Part shown: piece after piece, positions 55,493 through 60,621 of the stretch
Layout: each line of letters opens with the position of its first letter
Numbering within the stretch: the first letter of the stretch is position 1
Source: Armatimonadota bacterium
GTDB taxonomy: Bacteria > Armatimonadota > Fimbriimonadia > Fimbriimonadales > GBS-DC
DNA length: 60,621 nt
Reading direction: 5' to 3'
NCBI GenBank assembly: GCA_037445735.1
Contig: JBBIJY010000017.1
Span: forward strand, 1 to 60,621
Position numbers and translations under genes: made by a program
The notes under the pieces: model-generated
The model's input: only the letters and a program-made list of their open reading frames with translations
Told to the model about the DNA's origin: nothing
Database searches by the model: none

Positions 55493-58297
55493 ATGCGACT
55501 GCTGGAACTGGAGCTGGAGAACTTTCGGCAGTACGCCCGCGCGGCGGTGGCGTTCGAAACGGGCATCACGGCGATTGTGGGCGCCAACGGCGCAGGTAAG
55601 ACCACCCTCGTGGAAGCCATCCTGTGGGCGCTGTACGGCGCGAACGCCGCCCGCGGCACCGCCGACACCCTGCGCTTCATGTGGTCGCAGGGCGGCACGC
55701 GCGTGCAGGTGCGACTCGACTTCCAGCTCGGCGCCCGACTCTATCAGGTGGTGCGCACCGACAAAGACGCCGCGCTGACCCAGATTCAGAACGGCGTCCA
55801 CCAGACGCTCGCGCGGGGCACACGCCCCACCACCGAAGCCATCCTGAACCTGCTCGGCATGACCCTCAACCAGTTCCAGACCAGCTTCTGCGCCCGCCAG
55901 AAGGAGCTGGAGTTCATGAGCTACGCGCCCGAACGCCGCCGCGAGGAAATCAGCCGCATGCTGGGCTATGAGCGCATCACGAAAGCCATCGACGAAATCG
56001 CCCAGCACGCCAAACAGCTCGGCGCCGAAATCGAAGGGCTTCAGCAGGGGCTGGGCGACCGCGAACTCGTGCAGCAACAGATCGAGCAGACGCGCCAGAC
56101 GCTTGCGTCCTGCGAGCGCGACATCGCCCGCATCGAAGCACAGCTTGCCACCGCCCGCGCCGAATACGAGCAACTCGCCCAGCAACGACGCGAAGCCGAA
56201 CTCAAAAAGCAGACCCACGACACTCTCCAGAACCAGCTCCGCCTGCTCCAGAACCAGCAGACCAGCATCGACAAACTGCTGGAGCAACTGCGCACGCGCT
56301 GGAACCAGATCCAGCAAGCCAGAAGACGCCTGCGCGAGCTTCAATCCGACCTCAAACGCTATCGCGAGGTGCAGCAGCGCCTGAAGGAACTGAACGAACT
56401 GGCTCAGGCGGAACAGCAGCGCGCCGCGCTGACCGCCGCTATCGAACAGCTCCAGCCGCATATCGAGCGGCTCCAGAGCCAGCTGCAGCAACTGGAGCAA
56501 AAAGCGCACCAGCTGCAGCAACTGGAGCCTGTCATCCAGCAGGCGAACCAGATTCAGGCGGAGCTGAGCGCGTTGCGCCAGCAAGCCGCCCGCGCCGCCG
56601 AACGCGCCCGCCTCGAAAATGAGCTGACCACCCTCCAGTCCCGCCTCAACGCCCTCCAGCAACGCCAGCAGGAAGCCGAAAGCCTGCAGGCGCAAATCGC
56701 CCAGCTCGAATCACAGCTGAACGAGGGTGAGGCACAACGCGCCGAACTGCAACAGTGCATCGATCAGCTCACCCGGCAGTGGCATCAGCAGCGCACCGAC
56801 GCCGAAGCCCAGCTGAAACTCCTGCAATCCCGCCTGCAGGAACTCCAGCAACGGCTGGACGAGCTGCACGCGCTGGGTGCGGCGGGCGAGTGCCCCACCT
56901 GCGGTCAACCGCTCGGCGACGCCTACCAGCGAATCTGCCACGAGCTGGAGCAACAGCTGCGGAGCGAACAGGACGCCTATCAGCGTCAGCTCGCCCACTG
57001 CCAGTCGCTGGAGCGGGAGCCAGAGCCGCTCCAGGCGTATCGGGCACAGCTCCAGCAGCTGATGGCACAGCGCGATTCGCTCCAGCAGCAGCTTGCCGAA
57101 CAGTGCACCCGCCACGACCAGATTCAAGCCGAACTCGCTGAACAGCCCGCCCTCCAGCAACAGTGCCGCGAGCTGCAGCGCCGGATCGAAGCCATCCCGC
57201 CCTATGACCCCCAGCGCGAGCAGGCTCTCATCGAGCACCTGCACCAGCTTCAGCCCCAGCTGGAACTGGCGAACGAGCTGAACATCCAGCTCAAGGAGCG
57301 ATCCCGTCTCCAGAACGAGCTGAAAGGGTGTCAGGGCGAACTCCGCACGCTTCAGCAGCAGCTTGCCAGCCTGCCCGAAGGCTACGACCCCACCGAACAC
57401 GCAACCCTGCGCACCGAAGCCGAACAGCTCCAGCCCCTCTATGAAGAAGCCATCCAGCTCAACACCATTCTCAAAGAGGAAGCGCCCACGCGCGAACAGA
57501 TCGAGCAAGCCCAGCGCGAGAAAGGGGAGCTGCAGGCTCAGCTGGAACAGACCCTGCAGGCGCTGCAGGCGCTCGCCTTCTCACCCGAAGCGTACGCGCA
57601 AGCCCTGCAACGGTGTGCCGATGCCGAAGCGCAACTGCGCGAGCTGGAGAACCAGCTCGCCTCCCTGCAGGCGACCCGACAGAGCCATCAACAGCACCTG
57701 CAGATGCTCGAACAGCAACTCCAGCAGATTCAGGAACGCGAGGAGCTATTGAAACACCGTCGCCGGGAGCAGCTGCTTTATGAAACTTTGCGCAAGGCGA
57801 TGCAGGCGTTCCGCACCGAGCTGAACCAGCGCCTGCGCCCGATGCTCGCCAGCTACGCCACCGAGTTCCTCACTCACCTCACGGGCGGGCGCTACACCCA
57901 GCTGGAGCTGGACGAGGAGTACCGCTTCCACCTGATGGACGATGGCATGCGCAAGGCGGTCATCTCCGGGGGCGAGCAGGACATCGTGAACCTCTGCATG
58001 CGCCTCGCGCTCGCACGGCTCATCACCGAGCGCGCGGGTCAGCCCCTCTCCCTGCTGATACTGGACGAGGTGTTCGGCTCGCTGGACACCGACCGCCGCC
58101 AGAATGTGCTGATGCTGCTCAACAACCTGCGCGACTGGTTCGAACAGATTCTCATCATTTCGCATATCGAGGAGATCAACGAGGCGGCGGATCGCACGCT
58201 CTATGTGGTGCGCGACGAGCGCACGCGCGCCAGCACCATCCTGACCCGCACCGCCGACCCACTGTCTGACCTCGCCCTCACCGACCCCGACGCCTGA
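55493..58297 (+). CDS. sbcC: SbcC/Rad50-type SMC ATPase
   Basis: GANGAGKTT, coiled coil with CPTCG zinc hook, ISGGE, LILDEVFGSLD, IISH. Confidence 0.9.
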   Translation: MRLLELELENFRQYARAAVAFETGITAIVGANGAGKTTLVEAILWALYGANAARGTADTLRFMWSQGGTRVQVRLDFQLGARLYQVVRTDKDAALTQIQNGVHQTLARGTRPTTEAILNLLGMTLNQFQTSFCARQKELEFMSYAPERRREEISRMLGYERITKAIDEIAQHAKQLGAEIEGLQQGLGDRELVQQQIEQTRQTLASCERDIARIEAQLATARAEYEQLAQQRREAELKKQTHDTLQNQLRLLQNQQTSIDKLLEQLRTRWNQIQQARRRLRELQSDLKRYREVQQRLKELNELAQAEQQRAALTAAIEQLQPHIERLQSQLQQLEQKAHQLQQLEPVIQQANQIQAELSALRQQAARAAERARLENELTTLQSRLNALQQRQQEAESLQAQIAQLESQLNEGEAQRAELQQCIDQLTRQWHQQRTDAEAQLKLLQSRLQELQQRLDELHALGAAGECPTCGQPLGDAYQRICHELEQQLRSEQDAYQRQLAHCQSLEREPEPLQAYRAQLQQLMAQRDSLQQQLAEQCTRHDQIQAELAEQPALQQQCRELQRRIEAIPPYDPQREQALIEHLHQLQPQLELANELNIQLKERSRLQNELKGCQGELRTLQQQLASLPEGYDPTEHATLRTEAEQLQPLYEEAIQLNTILKEEAPTREQIEQAQREKGELQAQLEQTLQALQALAFSPEAYAQALQRCADAEAQLRELENQLASLQATRQSHQQHLQMLEQQLQQIQEREELLKHRRREQLLYETLRKAMQAFRTELNQRLRPMLASYATEFLTHLTGGRYTQLELDEEYRFHLMDDGMRKAVISGGEQDIVNLCMRLALARLITERAGQPLSLLILDEVFGSLDTDRRQNVLMLLNNLRDWFEQILIISHIEEINEAADRTLYVVRDERTRASTILTRTADPLSDLALTDPDA

Positions 58298-58363
58298 CCC
58301 TTCAATCGTTAGCCTTCCTCACCCTGAGCCTTTTCCTGGAGGCGAGCAGGGGAAACCAGCTAA

Positions 58364-58963
58364 TCACTCTATGCCCCATTCGGGCACGAGCGGCTGCTCC
58401 ACCTTCAGCAGTTGCAGGGCGCGGGCGACGATGGTATCGACGGCTTCTTCCAGCGTGCGCGGGCGGTTATAGAAGGCGGGGCAGGCGGGCAGAATCGTCG
58501 CGCCCGCCTCCGCCGCCAGCAACATATTGCGCAGATGCACGCGATTGAACGGCGCCTCGCGCACCACCAGAATCAGCGGGCGACGCTCCTTGAGGCACAC
58601 ATCCGCCGCGCGGGTCATCAAATCGTCCGACGCGCCGTTCGCGATGCGTCCCAGCGTGCCCATCGAGCAGGGGATAATCACCATGCCGTCGTGGCGGAAG
58701 CTGCCACTGGCGGGCGGCGCGAAGTAGTCGCGCGGCTGAAGCACCTTCAGCCCGTCCCACGCCTCGCCTAACAGCGTTTCCGCGCCGAGCGTCTCGCGCG
58801 TGACGGGCAGCTCCAGCTCCGTCTGCAGCACCTGAATGCCCTGATCGGAGCAGATGAGGTAAATCTCGCGGAACTGTTGACGCGCCGCCTGCAAAAAGCG
58901 CAGGGCATAGAGCGCACCACTCGCGCCCGTGATGCCCATCACCAGCCGACCTGTGGTTCCCAT
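58364..58963 (-). CDS. ubiX: Flavin prenyltransferase
   Basis: GITGASG, ASGS, PCSMGTL, RAADVCLKERRPL, PAFY. Confidence 0.94.
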   Translation of the reverse strand: MGTTGRLVMGITGASGALYALRFLQAARQQFREIYLICSDQGIQVLQTELELPVTRETLGAETLLGEAWDGLKVLQPRDYFAPPASGSFRHDGMVIIPCSMGTLGRIANGASDDLMTRAADVCLKERRPLILVVREAPFNRVHLRNMLLAAEAGATILPACPAFYNRPRTLEEAVDTIVARALQLLKVEQPLVPEWGIE

Positions 58964-59015
58964 CCACCCAGAGCATACCCCATCGGGTATCCTTCTTCTG
59001 CAGGGAGGCGAGCTA

Positions 59016-59810
59016 ATGGCGAAGCGTGGCGTGATGGAGGTGTCGCTCATCTTCCCGCCCGCCGAGATCATCCAGCGGTACTATAAGGGGCTGATCTATC
59101 TGGCGGCGCGCACCTGCTACAGCGAGAAGACACCCCAGCAAATCTGGGACGAGTTCCTGTCCGATAAAGTGCCACCCGAACGGGTGCATAGCCTGCTCAC
59201 GCATGTGATCGAATCGGGACACCACAGCACAATCGAGCATATCAGCTTCACCTTCGCGATTTCGGGGGTGAGCCGCGCGCTCTCGCATCAGCTGGTACGC
59301 CACCGAATCGGCGTCGCGTTCGACCAGCAGAGCCAGCGCTATGTGAAATATAAAGAACCCCTCTATGTGACCCCACCCTCCATCGAGGCACTGCCTGAAG
59401 CGCTGCAGGAGTTCGAACGCCTGCGCGACACGAGTGAGGAGGTCTATCACCGCTTCCTGCAGATGGGCATTCCCGCCGAAGATGCCCGATTCGTGTTCCC
59501 GAACGCTGTCACCACCAATCTGATTATGACGGTGAACCTGCGCCAGCTGATGCACATGGCGGGTCTGCGCCTCTGCACGCTCGCCCAGTGGGAGATTCGG
59601 CAGCTCTTTAAGCTCATTCGCAAGGAGCTGATGGCTGCTGACCCCTACTTTGGCAGGCTGCTGGTGCCCAAGTGCGTGCCGTTAGGCTACTGCGATGAGA
59701 AACGCAACGAGGACGAACACTGCAAGATTCGCCCGCACCGCAATTCGGTCTTTCACGTGTGGGAGCTTTATAAACAGGGCAGACTCATCGAGAGGGGCGA
59801 CGCGGAGTAA
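59016..59810 (+). CDS. thyX: FAD-dependent thymidylate synthase
   Basis: GHHSTIEH, HQLVRHR-X8-SQRY, EDAR, AQWEIR; start chosen from RBS. Confidence 0.95.
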   Translation: MAKRGVMEVSLIFPPAEIIQRYYKGLIYLAARTCYSEKTPQQIWDEFLSDKVPPERVHSLLTHVIESGHHSTIEHISFTFAISGVSRALSHQLVRHRIGVAFDQQSQRYVKYKEPLYVTPPSIEALPEALQEFERLRDTSEEVYHRFLQMGIPAEDARFVFPNAVTTNLIMTVNLRQLMHMAGLRLCTLAQWEIRQLFKLIRKELMAADPYFGRLLVPKCVPLGYCDEKRNEDEHCKIRPHRNSVFHVWELYKQGRLIERGDAE

Positions 59811-59839
59811 AGGGGTATAATTATGATGGGTGTGATGGG

Positions 59840-60397
59840 ATGAATCTGCGAATCGCGCTGACGGACGAGTTGCTGGCGCATGCGGAGCTGGTGGCGCAGG
59901 TGTTCCTGCAAGCGATGTACACCTCCATCGGCGAGCGGATGCTGGAGGAGCTGGCGGAGTCGGAAGTCACCTACTCGCAGATGCAGGCATTGCGCTACTT
60001 GCGCACGCATCGGCGCGTGACGGTGGGCGACCTTGCGGAGGGGCTGAACATCTCCTATCCGTCGGCGACCAACATGGTGCATCGGCTGGAGAAGAAGGGG
60101 CTGATTCGGCGCATCGCGAACCCGCGCGACCGCCGACAGGTGGGGCTGCTGCTCACCGACGAGGGACGCCAGCTGATAGAACAGATCGACCAGGAGCGGC
60201 GGCAGCGGTTCGCCCGCGTGCTGGCACAGATGGACGAACGCGACCGCCATGCGTTCATCAACGGGCTATCGGCGTTCATCCGCGCGGGGCTGGCATCGGG
60301 CACGCTGAAGGTGGACGAGGTATGCCTGCACTGCGGCACCGGCGCCGACCCCCTCTGCCCCCTCGTCGAACTGCACTCACCCGAGATCTGTCGGTGA
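59840..60397 (+). CDS. MarR family regulator with C-terminal Cys cluster
   Basis: wHTH, DRR motif, CLHCGTGADPLCP tail. Confidence 0.9.
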   Translation: MNLRIALTDELLAHAELVAQVFLQAMYTSIGERMLEELAESEVTYSQMQALRYLRTHRRVTVGDLAEGLNISYPSATNMVHRLEKKGLIRRIANPRDRRQVGLLLTDEGRQLIEQIDQERRQRFARVLAQMDERDRHAFINGLSAFIRAGLASGTLKVDEVCLHCGTGADPLCPLVELHSPEICR

Positions 60398-60424
60398 GTT
60401 CAAGCCAAGATCGATTCATTAGAA

Positions 60425-60452
60425 GCAGGAGTCAGATCGCCTGGAAACGAAT
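60425..60452 (+). promoter_or_regulatory. SigmaH-type promoter GCAGGAGTC-N14-CGAAT
   Basis: Same motif as module copies 1 and 2. Confidence 0.6.
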
Positions 60453-60472
60453 CTTCTGAACGGAGGGCGGTG

Positions 60473-60574
60473 ATGCCCGCGCGCTTTGTGTATGGAGTCG
60501 TTGACGAGCAGTTAGGGCGTTCACGCGATGGCGCTCTCGTCCGGCATCCACGCCTGCGCGGGGGGACGCCATGA
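60473..60574 (+). CDS. Short leader ORF of repeated module, copy 3; MPARFVYGVVDEQLGRSRDGALVRHPRLRGGTP
   Basis: GGAGG RBS (60462-60466), G6 tract at 60560-60565, stop overlaps the next start (ATGA). Confidence 0.55.
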   Translation: MPARFVYGVVDEQLGRSRDGALVRHPRLRGGTP

Positions 60575-60621
60575 GCTGCCAGACCCAGCCCTTCCACGAC
60601 CTCCTGCGCGACCTGCCCGAA
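60571..60621 (+). CDS. 5' end of a gene coupled to the leader (MSCQTQPFHDLLRDLPE...), possibly another sigma paralogue
   Basis: Same CGCC-ATGA junction as 23323 and a loosely similar HD...LP.E N-terminus; only 17 codons visible. Confidence 0.4.
   Translation, partial: MSCQTQPFHDLLRDLPE

Noticed and set aside
55990-57760. CAG-rich periodicity
   Set aside because: Explained by the Gln/Leu/Glu coiled coil of SbcC.
60400-60597. 65-aa minus-strand ORF
   Set aside because: No motifs, and it is antisense to the better-supported plus-strand module.
60571-60621. RadC N-terminus (RDLPE)
   Set aside because: The diagnostic RPRERL is not visible and context favours a module gene. It cannot be excluded from 17 codons.

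Overview
GC-rich bacterial chromosome segment. PEP-CTERM genes, DUF1559-like genes and gene style suggest Armatimonadota, which is inference only. It is mostly housekeeping genes: lepA, nrdR-nrdJ, sufCB, rhodanese, guaB, argH, flgBC-fliEFG, upp, thiolase, panD, polB, HerA-like ATPase, biotin carboxylase, alr, trxB, sbcC, ubiX, thyX and MarR. No rRNA, tRNA, CRISPR array or transposase was seen. Main observations: (1) A small module absent from the ORF track occurs three times, at both window ends and after fliG. It reads GCAGGA(A/G)TC-N13/14-CGAAT sigmaH-type promoter, RBS, then a leader ORF with a poly-G tract. In the two complete copies (33 and 41 aa) the leader overlaps the next gene by ATGA, and at the internal copy that gene is a SigH-like sigma-factor fragment. 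(2) The same promoter motif precedes several other genes. (3) Three LAGLIDADG inteins sit in NrdJ, SufB and PolB; the PolB intein ends in Gly-Gln. A/T-ending codon patches mark empty conserved motifs of the same host genes. (4) A 782-bp inverted duplication of a PEP-CTERM gene brackets about 27 kb, and its terminator loop is flipped between copies. (5) MITE-like REP composites lie between divergent promoters. (6) A palindromic operator is shared by sufCB and the rhodanese gene. (7) hicA is frameshifted, several genes look leaderless, and there are structured 5' leaders.
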